The position numbers and the translations under genes were made by a program. DNA of 64,000 bases from assembly GCA_951406725.2 (NCBI GenBank), contig OX597818.1:40238001-40302000 (forward strand), in the 5' to 3' direction. This document shows, piece after piece, positions 11,201 through 25,500 of this stretch. This stretch comes from Octopus vulgaris (lineage: Eukaryota). Each line of letters starts with the position of its first letter. Within the stretch, counting starts at the first letter, position 1. The notes below the pieces were generated by a model. It searched no databases, was not told where the DNA came from, and saw nothing but the letters and a program-made list of their open reading frames with translations.

Positions 11201-14200
11201 GTGACAATAAAAGAAAAAAATAGAAGAGAGAGTGAGTGATAGAAAGGGATGAGATATCAAAGCTGCAAGAAAGGTAGCAGGCATATATGTGCTAGAGAGA
11301 GATTTTTAAAGGTGAGCTATTGAAAGATTTCAATTTTATAAATGGACATACGATGAGGGATTTAAACTGATTTTTTGAATGTAACAGATTCGGAGAGAAT
11401 GATGGGAAATGTAAGTAAATGAAATACATAGCCCCCCCCTCCCCCCCAAAAATGTGGGTTTGTGAGATCCAAGACACTTATATGTTTATGTATTTCCTCT
11501 TTTCAGGTTTCTGTGGTATCTGATTCTTTGCTGCTTCATTTGTATGTGGGTGTCTACGATTCTCAACCAATAGCAACCACTGTAAGTACACACATACACC
11601 CTCTCTCTCTCACTCACTCTGACACTCTCTCACTCCCTCTGAATCTCACTCACTCCCTCTGAATCTCACTCACTCCCTCCGAATCTCACTCACTCCCTCT
11701 GAATCTCACTCACTCCCTCTGAATCTCACTCACTCACTCTGAATCTCACTCACTCACTCTGAATCTCACTATGGTAGCAGTTGTTGGCACTGGTGGTGGA
11801 TGTGATATATATATGTGTGTGACTGTGTGTGAATGTTGAAGATTGTATGGGTGTGTTTATGAGAATGCTTCTCTAGAATTTTCTAAATAAATAAATAAAT
11901 AAATTCGTAACAATCACATCCATTGAATAATTATGTTGACTATTCTTTGACCAATCTATAGCACGTCATATGTATAACTGTAAATGGGTAAGTTTGCGAT
12001 ACATTGGCATAGAAGGGTGAAATGATGACACAGATTGTGTGAAAAGAGAACCAAAATGAGCAGGTGGAGTGAGGAAGTGTATGATGGTAGAATTGAATGA
12101 TTGAGATAAGAGGGTTGTAGAGGGAGAAAGAAAGTGATAAATAGTAATAGGGATGGGCAGTGGTAAGAGAGAGTGATGACTGTCAGTCACAAGTGTCCTA
12201 GTGGTAGAAGGAGAAATGATTTGTGATACAGAAAGGATGATGTTTGAGTGTATTTGATAAAATAGATCCAGTGCAATCTCCGAAACATAGATCTGATGAA
12301 GTATGTTTAAGGGATTATTTAAAAGTGAGCAAGGTAGAATGATCAGGTTGATGGGGATAGGATAGGGATGTCTCTAGTGCAATCCCTGGTTATATGAACA
12401 ATGTGGTAAGATGAATAGGAGAGCAGATGAGTACCAGACAGATTTTGTCTTTTCCATACTTACACAAGTATCATGATACAGTAAATAGGAGAGGTCCACT
12501 GCCATCCTTACTTAAATAGGCAACATGTTGCATTGAACTAGAAGATCTACAGCCATTTTTTGTCACATAGATAGCATAGTTTTAGTATAGTAAATAGAAG
12601 AGAGTGGAGGTGCAATGGCCCAGTGGTTAGAGCAGCGGACTCGCAGTCAGAGGATCGCTGTTTCAATTCCCAGACCGGGTGTTGTGTGTGTTTATTGAGC
12701 GAAAGCACCTAAAGGCTTCATTAGGCTCCGGCAGGTGGTGGTGGCGACCCCTGTTGTACTTTTTTGCCACAATTTTCTCTCACTCTCTCTTCCTGTTTCT
12801 TGAGTAACACTGCGATGGACTGGCATCCTGTCCAGCTGGGGGGAACACATACGCTACAGAAACTGGGAAACCAGGCCCATGAGCCTGGCTAGGCTTGATA
12901 AGGGTGACAATAAAAGAAAAAAAATAGAAGAGAGAGTGAGTGATAGAAAGGGATGAGATATCAAAGCTGCAAGAAAGGTAGCAGGCATATATGTGCTAGA
13001 GAGAGATTTTTAAAGGTGAGCTATTGAAAGATTTCAATTTTATAAATGGACATACGATGAGGGATTTAAACTGATTTTTTGAATGTAACAGATTCGGAGA
13101 GAATGATGGGAAATGTAAGTAAATGAAATACATAGCCCCCCCCCTCCCCCTCCCCCCCAAAAATGTGGGTTTGTGAGATCCAAGACACTTATATGTTTAT
13201 GTATTTCCTCTTTTCAGGTTTCTGTGGTATCTGATTCTTTGCTGCTTCATTTGTATGTGGGTGTCTACGATTCTCAACCAATAGCAACCACTGTAAGTAC
13301 ACACATACACCCTCTCTCTCTCACTCACTCTGACACTCTCTCACTCCCTCTGAATCTCACTCACTCCCTCTGAATCTCACTCACTCCCTCTGAATCTCAC
13401 TCACTCCCTCTGAATCTCACTCACTCACTCTGAATCTCACTCACTCACTCTGAATCTCACTCACTCACTCTGAATCTCACTCACTCCCTCTGACTCTCAC
13501 TCACTCTGAATCTCACTCACTCACTCTGAATCTCACTCACTCCCTCTGAATCTCACTCACTCCCTCTGAATCTCACTCACCCCCTCTGAATCTCACTCAC
13601 CCCCTCTGAATCTCACTCATCCCCTCTGAATCTCACTCACCCCCTCTGAATCTCACTCACTCCCTCTGAATCTCACTCACTCCCTCTGACTTTCACTCCC
13701 TCTGACTTTCACTCACTTTGACTCTCACTCGCTCTGACTCTCACTCGCTCCGACTCTCACTCACTCTTACTCTCCCTATCTCTAAATAAATAAATAAATA
13801 AATTCGTAACAATCACATCCATTGAATAATTATGTTGACTATTCTTTGACCAATCTACCTGAGGCTGAGTCAAAATCTCCTTCATGTTGTTCTTATTTAA
13901 ATGAAGACTCTCATCATGCTGGCATTGGTTGGATGGACCTATTCCCGAACTGTGTTGCAGTACTTGTTGTGGCCCTTCATAATCAGTCACAAAGCAACAG
14001 AGAAAACTACCAACCTTTGTTTATAGATTTTCATGCTCAGTTTATAGAATCACCATCTTTGCTCTTTTACCTTTTGGCAGTTTTGTTTTGACAACACACC
14101 AAATGTTAACAATCTTTCACACACACCGCACGCTTGTGTGCACCACCTAGTTCATAATTTGTTTCCTTTATGCTGTTCATCTCTTATATGTGAAAGTTTA

Positions 14201-17200
14201 GGATCTTTTTCTATACACTTGTGAGGCATCTGTGCAATCCATAGAAACCATACTAAATCAGACTCAACAGCTCTGGTCAAACCATCCAACCCATGCCAGT
14301 ATGAACAGCAGATGTTAAATGATGATGATGATGATGATGATGAATTCTGACTAAATAGCTGGGTTTCATCATCATCATCATCATCATCGTTTAACGTCCA
14401 TTTTCCATGCTAGCATGGGTTGGACGGTTCAACTGGGGTCTGGGAAGCCAGAAGGCTGCGCCAGGCCCAGTCTGATCTGGCAGTGTTTCTACAGCTGGAT
14501 GCCCTTCCTAACGCCAACCACTCCGAGACTGTAGTGGGTGCTTTTTATGTGCCACCTGCACAGGTGCCAGATGAGGTTGGCAAACGGCCACGATCGGACG
14601 GTGCTTTTTACGTGCCACCGACACGGGGGCCAGATGAGGCTGGCAACGGCCACAATCTGATGGTGCTTTTTACGTGCCACCGGCATGGAGGCCAGTCGGG
14701 GCGGCGCTGGCAACGGCCACATTTGGATGGTTCTCTTACATGCCACCGGCACTGGTATCTCAGCTACAATTTCCATTGATGTTGAAAGATTTCGATTTAT
14801 GTTGTTATATTCTATTTGCTGTAAAGCCATATTCTCTGGAGAATTCTCTATTGTAAGTGATATATATCCATAGCTACATGCGTCATTCTTAACTCATTAT
14901 TTCAGTTCCTACTTTCGGTTGAATTAACATTTTCCATTTTTCTGTCATTTTAGGTTTCCTGGTCTATGAATAGTGGAGATGTTTTAGAAAGGGTTCAACC
15001 TAAAATTTGTCTGAAGGGCGTCGACTGGATTCTTTATGAAACTGTCTGCAATGGAACACTAGGTATATATTATTATGTTTTTATTTATTACTTGTTTCAG
15101 TCATTAGACTGCGGCCATGCTGGGGCTCTGCCTTGAAGGATTTCAGTCATATGAACTGACCCCAGTACTTTTATGTTTTTAGATCTAGAACTTCTTCTAT
15201 TGATTTCTTTTGTTGAGCCACTAAGTTATGGAGATGTAAACAAACCAACATCAGTTCTCAAGCAGTGGCGGGAACAAATACAGATGCAAAGACACACATG
15301 TACCGCTCCCCCGTCTTGTTGAATACAACAAGGCACCAGATACCTTGGTACTCTCGTCACTACCTCTGTAATTGAAATTTAGAAAGACTTTTAAAACATT
15401 TTATTATTGTTGTATGAGGAATACTCAGTTGGTTATGATGATGAGGGTCCCAGCCGATACAATCAATGGAACAGCTTGCTCATGAAATTAATATGCAAGT
15501 GGCTGACCACTCCACAGACCCTTAATGTAGTTCTCAGGGAGATTCAGCATGACACAGAGTTTGACAAGGCTGGCTCTTTGAAATACAGGTACTACTTATT
15601 TTTGCCAGCTGAGTGGACTTGAGCAATGTGAAATAAAGTGGGACTGAACCCGCGACCATGTGGTTGGTAAGCAAACTACTTACTACACAGCCACTCAGTA
15701 ATTTTCAAGGTTTTTTTTGTTTTTTTACATGACAAAAAATAGAGAATTTGAATATATTATCAGTAAGTTAGTGTCATCATTTGATGAAGGAAACATTGAG
15801 AAGCTATGTAGAAATAATTAAAATCATTATGCTGTGAACAGAAAAAAAAACTTATTTTTGCCAGCTGAGTGAACTCGAGCAACGTGAAATAAAGTGTCTT
15901 GCTCAAGGACACAACAGGCCGCCGGGAATTGAACTCATGACCTTACGATCATGAGCCGAATGCCCTAACCACTAAGCCACATTTCTTCACTTGTATAATT
16001 TGTTATAAATGACTGCTTTTAAAAGATGAATTTCTTATTACATTACTAAATTAAAGTTGACTTATGTATTTGCACTTTGCCTTCACAGAACGACCAATAC
16101 ATTCTACAGAAAATATAGAAGATGTTCTCGGCCAATATAAATTCTGGGATGAAACTGATGCTCGAGAGACTCGTTTGCTGGTCAAACAGTCTCATCTGTG
16201 TCTCAACTTCAAAGAATATGTAAGTAAATTTAATATTTCGAAACTCTTCTCATAAAAGTGGAAAGAGTTCTTGTGTAGTACATCACTATTTTACTATTTA
16301 CTCTTTTACTTGTTTCAGTCATTTGACTGCGGCCATGCTGGAGCACCGCCTTTAGTCGAGCAAATCGATCCCAGGACTTATTCTTTGTAAGCCTAGTACT
16401 TACTCCATCGGTCTCTTTTGCTGAACCGCTAAGTTACGGGGACGTAACACACCAGCATCGGTTGTCAAGCAATGTTGGGGGACAAACACAAACACATACA
16501 CACACACATACATATATATACATATATACGACGAGCTTTCAATTTCCGTCTACTAAATCCACTCACAAGGCTTTGGTCGGCCTGAGGCTATAGTAGAAGA
16601 CACTTGCCCAAGGTGCCACTGAACCCGGAACCATGTGGTTGGTAAGCAAGCTACTTACCCCACAGCCACTCCTACCCCTATGAATAGTTATTTACTTTCA
16701 AAATTTTAATAGAATTTCTAGTTAGTGTTGAAGAGCAATGTATAATCTCTGTTTCAATCCCTCACCAATGCCAATAATATAATGATTTGAAATTTTGGTG
16801 CATGGTCAGTAATTTTAGAAGGGGTTAGTCAATTCTATTGACCCTAGTGCTTGACTGTTGTTTTATCAATCCCAACAAGATCATCATCATCATCATTGTT
16901 TAACATCCGTTTTCCATGCTAGCATGGGTTGGATGGTTCAACCAGGGTCTGGGAAGCCAGGAGGCTGCACCAGGCTCCAGTCTCATCTGGCAGGGCTGGA
17001 TGCCCTTCCTAACGCCAACCACTCCATGAGTGTAGTGCGTGCTTTTTATGTATCACCAGCACAGGGGCTAGAGGAGGCTGGCATCGGACACATTTGGATG
17101 GTGCTTTTTATGTGCCACTGGCACGGGTATTACAACTACAATTCCATTTGATGTTGATGTACTTGACTCAATAGGTCTCCTCAAGCACAGCAGGTTGCCC

Positions 17201-17970
17201 CATGATCCAAGGTAAATAATATCCTATAATAATAATAATAATAGTCTCAAATTTTGGCACAGGGCCAGCAGTTTTTGAGGACAGGGAGAAGTTGATTATG
17301 TCAAACCCAGTACTCCACTGGTACTTAGAATGGATGACAGGAAAAGTTGATATTGGCAGAGTTTGAACTCAGATCATGAAGTGAATCAGACAAAAATGCT
17401 TAGCAGTATTTTGTCCACATGCTAATGATTCTACCAGCTCACCATCTTCAAAAAATTACTAATTACTTCAAGTTAGGGACAAAGCTAACCATCTAGAAGA
17501 GTGGGGTGTTGCTCAGTTAAATGGATAAATGGCAAAATTTGACCTTGGTGTATTTGAATGGAAGGCATAAAGAACCAGAAGAAATATCGTTGTAGGAAAG
17601 CATTTTCTTATGCTCACCAAAAACCCCTCCACTAAATGCCTGTCTTCAGACAAAATGACTAGGTAAACCAGTGGAATTCTCCTATGCATCATTGAGCGAA
17701 ATCACCAGACAGTGGCTATCTATGTGGTGCTTTGCTGTTCTTCATTTTAACCGTTCTACAATTATCAACTAGGTTTATGAAAGATGCATTCTTTTATTTG
17801 TTTCAGTCATTTGACTGTGGCATGCTGGAGCACTGCCTTTTAGTCAAGCAATTATCTTTGTAAACCTATCGGTCTCTTTTGCCAACTCACTAAGTTACAG
17901 GGATGTAAACACACCAGCTTCGGTTGTGAAGTGATGATGGGAGTACAAGCGCAGACACACAAACATTTAT

Positions 17971-18007
<37 letters not shown>

Positions 18008-21000
18008 CATGACGGGCTTCTTTCAGTTTCCATCTACTAAATCCACTCAAGGCTTTAGTCGTCCTGAGGCTATAGTAGAAGACACTTGCCCAGGGTGCCA
18101 CACAGTGGGACTGAACCCAGAACCGTGTGGTTGGTAAGCAAGCTAATTGCCACACAACCACTCAGTAATTTTCAAGGTTTTTTTTTTTATTTTACATGAC
18201 AAAAAAAAATAGAGAATTTGAGTATATTATCAGTAAGTTAATGTCATCATTTGATGAAGGAAACATTGAGAAGCTATGTAGAAATAATTAAAATCATTAT
18301 GCTGTGAACAAAAAAAAAACCTCATCAATATTAGTAAGTGGTTAATTATTATTTATTTCAGTAACTAATGAGTTATTTATTCTCTGTGTTTAATTTTATA
18401 GTGTTTGTTCATTACTGCATTAAACGGGTTATTATAATTCTGCTTTAATTTTTTACAATTACAGTTTGATCCCAGCAAAACTCTTATGGCCGAGCTTGAA
18501 TTTTGTGAAAAGAAAGTGTGTCGCAAATATTGGTTTGAATTTTCCCAAGCTAAATTGTCTTATTATAAAGATACAAAGGTTAGTGTTGCCTTAGAAGTTA
18601 TTTTCTTTTTTGTTTATATTGACACACATTCTTTTATTCTTTTACTTGTTTCAGTCATTTGACTGTGGCCATACTGCAGCATCACCTTAAAGGGTTTTTT
18701 AGTTGAAGAAATCAACCCCAGGATGCATTCTTGTAAAGCCTAGTACTTATTCTATCGGTCTCTTTTGCCAAACTGTTAAGTTACAGAGACATAAACACAC
18801 CAACATCAGTTGTCAAGCAATGGTGAGGAAACAAACATAAACACAAAGACACACACATATAAATATATACATGCATACATATATTATGGGCTTCTTTCAG
18901 TTTCCATCTACCAAATCCACTCACTGGGCTTTGGTCGGTCCAAGGCTATAGTAGAAGACACTTGCCCAAGGTACCACATAGTAGGACTGAACCTGGAACC
19001 ATGTGGTTGGTAAGCAAACTATTTACCACACAGCCACTCCTGCACCTATATATATATATAGAAAAATCCAATGCGGTGAATAGATTTCAGAACATTTATA
19101 AAGAGATCTTACAGCTGTTTCCAGGATATTTTATATATCCCTTCATTGGAGACGGTGCGAGAAAATGTTTAAGTAATAATTATTATAGAGACGATATGAA
19201 ATACAGAGTGAAGTGGAGGAATGAAAATAGATGTGACATATGTAAGGATAAGCTTCTTACCACACAGCCGCACTTGTGTCTGTACACACATTATTTTTGT
19301 GAAAATTAACAGTATATTGTTTATCTTGGAGTCTCCTGTTGCAGATGACAGATGAGGGTTCTATAATTTGTTGCTGAACAATCTGCACACAGATGATTTG
19401 TCTATAAGGATCAAATGTTTGTGTTGCATACTTGCTTACTTCTTCCATCAAATTGACATTGTCTGTACAAGTACATGGTGTGCCACATGTCAGATGCTGA
19501 TGAGATTGCAGAGCAATGTGAGATGAAGTGTTTTGGTTAAGAACACAAAGCACTGCCTGATCTGTGAGTCAAACCCATGACCTCTTGATCATGAATGCTA
19601 CACCCTAACCACTAGGCCATGTGCCATCCCATAATATCAATATATATACATACAGGGTCAGGCAAAATGATCTGACACATTTGTTGGTTAAATAAAAGGC
19701 AAATGAAGTAAAGAAACAAAGATGTGTTTTTATTTTTGAAAAGTACATATAATGCCATTTTGTTTCATTATGTTTTAAAAATTAAATCAGTCAAATGGGA
19801 TCCATTATTGTTCACACACTGTCGAAGGCGTTCACGAAAGTTGTCAATAACTTGGTGGGTCATTTCATGTGGAATGGCAGTAATTTCTTGACGAATTGCA
19901 TCTTTAAGTTCTGGCGGTGCGAGGTCGGCCGGTTGATTTTCGTTTCAATGCAGATCCAGTAGCTCTGAAGTTGGTAACCCATAACAAGATCGTGTTTCGA
20001 GCTGGTACGGGATCATGTCTACCAAGATTGAAGTGCAAACGGAACGCTCTTTGTGTTTTGTTTTGATAAACGTTTCCACAATGAAAGCGTGATGCTCACC
20101 AGTCCAATTCATGGCAGCAACTGAAAAAGAAACGAAAAACAATGCCTTTTATTTAACCTACAAATGTGTCAGATCATTTTGCCTGACCCTGTACTGATAT
20201 CTCTCATCAACCACCCTTATTTATCACTCACTATATTTATCTCTACCTTCATCTCTAAACATCTTTTACTCTCCTTTCACTCTTATGAAATTACCCTCCC
20301 CCCATCCACTCTCATTATTCTCTCTTACGCCTACTTTCTTGTATCTTGAGAGTTCACCCTGGCCCCTCATCACCTTTATCTTCTTTTCAGCTACTCCCAC
20401 TCCCCCTTGTATAATGCAGGGTAACCATGTATCTCCTGCAATTGTCTGTCTATTGTACTTTAGCCTCTCAACACCTGACCCCACCTCCACTTAAATGCAC
20501 CTGCCTCTCAGATGAGAAGACTTTTCCTTCTTTTTGCTTGCAAGGTGCATGGTGACCTCAGTAAGGCAGAGGTCGCAAAAAAAATGAGCATCCAGTAAAG
20601 TCATTAACATTAGAAGGGTTTCTGGCCATAGAAGCAATTGCAAAGCCGACATTAGAGTTGAATGCTGTCCTGCAGCTTGTCAAATCCTGTCAAACAGTCT
20701 AATCTGTGTCAACAGGGAATGTCATCATCATCATCATCATTTATCATCCATTGCCCATGCTGGCATGGTTGGACAGTGTGACCAGAGTCAGCAAGCAGGT
20801 GGGGCTGCACCAGATTCCACTCTGATTTGGCATGGTTTCTATGACTGGATGCCCTCCATAATGCCAACTAATTCACAGTGTGTGTTGGATGCTTTTATGT
20901 GCATGAGTGGTTTTATGTGTCGCCACATGGGTGCTTTTATGTGTTGCCATATGGGTGCTTTTATGTGTCGCTACGCGGGTGCTTTTACATGTTGCTGCAT

Positions 21001-22542
21001 GGGTGCTTTTATGTGTCGCCGCATGAGCACTTTTACATCTCGCCACATGGACCCTTTTACGTGTTGCCGCACCGGTGCTTTTATGTGTCACCACATGAGT
21101 ACTTTTGCGCGGCGCTGCACAGGCGCTCTTACATGGCATCACCATGATGCGTGCTGGATGCTTTTATGTAGCACAGTCGCTTTTACATGACATTGCATGG
21201 GTGCTTTTATGTGTCGCCACATGGATGCCTTTATGTGTCGCCACATGAATGCTTTTACATGTCGCCACATGGGTGTTTTTATGTGTCGCTGCATGGATGC
21301 TTTTATGTGTCATCACATGGGTGCTTTTATGTATCGCCGCATGAGTGCTTCTACATCTCGCCACATGGACCCTTTTATGTGTCTCCGTACCGGTGCTTTT
21401 ATGTGTCGCCTCATGGGTCCTTTTGTGTGTCGCTGCGCAGGTACTTTTACTTGGCACCACCATGATGTAAATGGATGTAAAATAGTGATGCTGGTGATGA
21501 TGAAGATATGCATGAAATAGGCCCAGACGTGACTGTGTGATGGTTAAGAAGTGTTTTGTAGTGACATGGCTTCAGTTTCATTCCCACTGCGTGGAACTGT
21601 GGGCAAATCTATTGTAGCCACAAGCTGACCAATTCTCTCTGAGTATTGATGGAATCTGCAGGAAGCCTATTGTGCGTGCACACACACACACACATTGCTT
21701 AAATAAAACAATTTTTGTGTTTTTAACACAAGGGATGAATAGTTTTTTATCCACACAAACACACAGATACATATAAATATCATCATCATCATTATCATCA
21801 TTTAGCGTCCGCTTTCCATGCTAGCATGGGATATATATATATATAATAAAATATTAGGGAATAAATCCAAACTTACAGGGAAAAATCAGATTTAGGATTG
21901 AATCCAATTTTATAGTAAAATATTATATTATATTAAATTCGAGATAAAACCACTATTAGGCAAATCAAACAATGAAAACCTTAAGCCAATACATAAGATT
22001 AATTAATTATATTATTTTAAATATATATCAAAACTAGCAGTATCGCCCGGCGTTGCTCAGGTTTGTAAGAGAAATAACTATAAAGCATTTTTAGAGAGTT
22101 ATAGCCAAAAAATAGCAAAAAAATGGAAAAAAATGATGGTAAATTTTTTTGAGAGTTAAAAAAGGTGTAGTTGCGTCTCCTAGACAGTTTGTGGTCTGTG
22201 TTTCTGATTCTCGACCCCATGTCGAATTTATCGATTTTTTTCAGAACTGGGGGAACTTTTCAAAATTTTCGCTGCGTTAGTTTTGAATTATGACATTGGG
22301 CTATGTGTGTGTCAAGTTTCATCAGAATCGGTTGAAAGCCGTGGTCAGGGTGAGGGTACAAGCAAACAGACACACAGAAACACGCACAGACAAACTGCCG
22401 TTTATATAGAGAGAGATTATTAAAAAAAGATAATGAGTATAATAATTTTGATATATATTTAAAATAATATAAATTAATTAATCTTATGTATTGGCTTAAG
22501 TTTTTCATTGTTTGATTTGCCTAATAGTGGTTTTATCTCTAA

Positions 22543-22596
<54 letters not shown>

Positions 22597-25500
22597 ATGT
22601 GTGTGTATATGTGTGTACATGTATGTATGTGTATATATATATATATATATATATAAATATAAAGATCATCATGATTGTTTAACATCCGCCTCATGAAAAT
22701 ACAAAAATGTTTTCACACACCAATTGTTTCCATATAATAGTTTTACTGACAACATATTAGTATATGTTTTCACTCGGTGAATTCTACATATGTAATACAA
22801 AAATTAAGGAGTGAGTGTGAGAGAAAAAAAATAGACCACTTTACTTCAAGGTTTTCATTGCCTGCCCCCTGTTCCCCACCACCATCTCTTACAAACTACT
22901 TCACCACTCAGTTTGTGCCTTGTAGGACCACCAGGAGACCTCATTGCCATTATCTATCTCTTGCAGCTCCTACTAATTGTTCCCTCTCTGTCTTTCCCCT
23001 TTTCCCCTACTAGATGTGAATAGCCATGCAGATCCCTTGACAAGACCCTCCTCTGTCTGACTTCTCGTAGTAACCCCTTTGTCTGTTTGCATAAAAGGTG
23101 TCCCCTCCTTCCCCCAAGGTTTGTAGTCTTCTGAGCTGCATGGCGGCCCCGACAGTGCAGGTGGCAACCCAGTCCATGCTGTAAAGTAGTTGATATTAGG
23201 GAGAGCATCCAACTGTGAAAAGTATGCAAAAGCATAGTTTTCAGCACAGTCCTTGGACACATCAGATCCTGTCAAACCATCCAATCCGTATTAGCATGGA
23301 ACCTGAACGTTGAATGATGATGAGGAGAGGGATGAATGATGCTGTGGCCAAAAGGAGAAACCTTGTGTGTTTGTGTTCACATCTTCACATTGTCTTTGCT
23401 TTGTCTGCATGCAGTGTGTAAAGACAACATGCAATCTATGCAACAACATCTTTGTTAACAACCTTTTGCTAAAACATGTCCGGCCACTGAGCTGCACATT
23501 ATTCAAAAGAACAAGAGAAATGATTTTTCTACTTGGAGACAAGTGAGGGTTAGTGGCAGCAAGAGCATTTGGTTGTAGAAAAACTGCCTTATTAAATCTT
23601 GTGTAACTCATTCTGGCATGGAACACTGGATGCTAAATTGATGATTTTTTGTATTCTTAGAGCAAGTTTATGAGTTGCCAAAAGGGAGATAAGTGGAGGC
23701 GCGTGGCTTAGTGGTTAGGGTGTCAGCATCATGATCGTAAGATTGTGGTTTCGATTCCTGGACCGGGTAACGCATTGTGTTCTTGAGCAAAACACTCCAT
23801 TTCACGTTGCTCCAGTCCACTCAGCTGGCAAAAATGAGTAATGCTGCGATGGACTGGCGTCCCGTCCAGCTGGGGAACATATACGCCATAGAAACCGGGA
23901 AACCAAGCCCATGAGCCTGGCTAGGCTTTAAAAGGGCGCATTTATTTGTGGAGGCGCAATGGCCCAGTGGTTAGGGCAGCGGACTCGCAGTCAGAGGGTC
24001 GCAGTTTCAATTCCCAGACTGGGCGTTGTGCGTGTTTATTGAGCGAAAACACCTAAAAGCTCCACGAGGCTCCGGCAGGGGGTGGTGGTGACCCCTGTTG
24101 TACTCTTTCGTCCCAACTTTCTGTCACTCTCTCTTGCTGTTTCCTGAGTAACGCTGCGATGGACTGGTGTCCCATCCAGCGGAGGGGTGGGGAACACATA
24201 TGCCACAGAAACTGGGAAACCGAGGCCATGATCCTGGCTAGGCTTGAAAAGGGCGAGAACAAAAAAGGGGGAGATAAAGACAAAAGTCTTTGTTATTTAT
24301 GTAATCTCTCTTTTATTTCTGTTCCTTTAACTGTTTACATGTTTATCTCTGTCGGTGTCGTATGTTAAATGTTTACTATTTCTTGTGTACTTATGACTAG
24401 GGTTCACCAATAGCCACGTGGCGAATAGAAGATTTGAATATTTACATGGGAATTGAGAAAAACAGAGATCCAAAACTGTAAGTTTCCTTTAATTTCTTTT
24501 ATAATCCTACCCCCTCCACCCATATATGTAAGTAATATTTGTAGTTTCATCAACATCATAGACTTGGTGTATTTTATAGATTTTGATTTCCACTGAGCAT
24601 TCATCATCATCATCATCGTTTGATGTCTGCTTTCCATGCTAGCATGGGTTGGACAATTTCACTGACTGGCTACCCAGATGGCTGTACCAGGCTCCAATCA
24701 GATCTGGCAGAGTTTGTACAGCTGGATGCCCTTCCTAATGCCAACCTCTCTGAGAGTGTAGTGGGTACTTTTATGTGTCACCGGCTTGAGGGCCAGTCAG
24801 GCAGTACCAGCAATGGCCATGCTCAAATGGTGTTTTTTACGTGCCACCTGCACAGGAGCCAGTCCAGCGGCACTGGCAACGACCTCGCTTGAATGTTTTT
24901 TCACGTGCCACCGGCACAAGTAGCAGTAAGGTGACACTGGTAACGATCACGCTCGAATGGTGCTTTTTATGTTACACTGGCATGGAAGCCAGGTAGCTGC
25001 TCTGGCAACAATCACACTTGGATGGTGCTCTTAGTGCTCCACTAGCATGGATGCCAGTCATCGAATTTGATTTTGATTTCACTTGCCTCAACAGGTCTTC
25101 GCAAGCAGAGTTTGTGTCCAATGAAAGAAATATACACATAAGTGAGCTGGTTACACCCCTGGCATAGGCCACAAGGTTATGGTCTCACTTGGCTTGCCGA
25201 GTCTTCTCAAGCACAGCATATTTCCAAAGGTCTCGGTCACTAGTCATTGCCTTGGTGAGGCCTAATGTTTTAAAATATTATTAAATATATAATAATAATC
25301 AAATATTATTAAAATATTAGGTTCTTTTGACAAGAAACATAGGTATAATTTTGAAAGTCAGTGGTACACCTGGCAAAATTTGAACTCAAAGTTTGAACTA
25401 TAGCTCTTGGGTTTTACTGTTCTGAAATAGTAAACTCAAAGTTAGTAAATTTAAATGTAATTCACTACTAAGATCTCTTTTTTTTATTTAAAAAATTTTT

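Larger units (their letters stand above)
10152..13480 (+). repeat. Near-identical ~1.6-1.7 kb tandem duplication (10152-11770 / 11771-~13480)
   Basis: Identical ORF translations in both copies; differences are a few small indels and one ~78-bp insertion. Confidence 0.92.

Noticed and set aside
20765-21520. Cys/His-rich ORFs (MGAFMCRH repeats) or a CRISPR-like array
   Set aside because: Contiguous 24-bp tandem units with no unique spacers, open in several frames on both strands, and apparently derived from a SINE motif.
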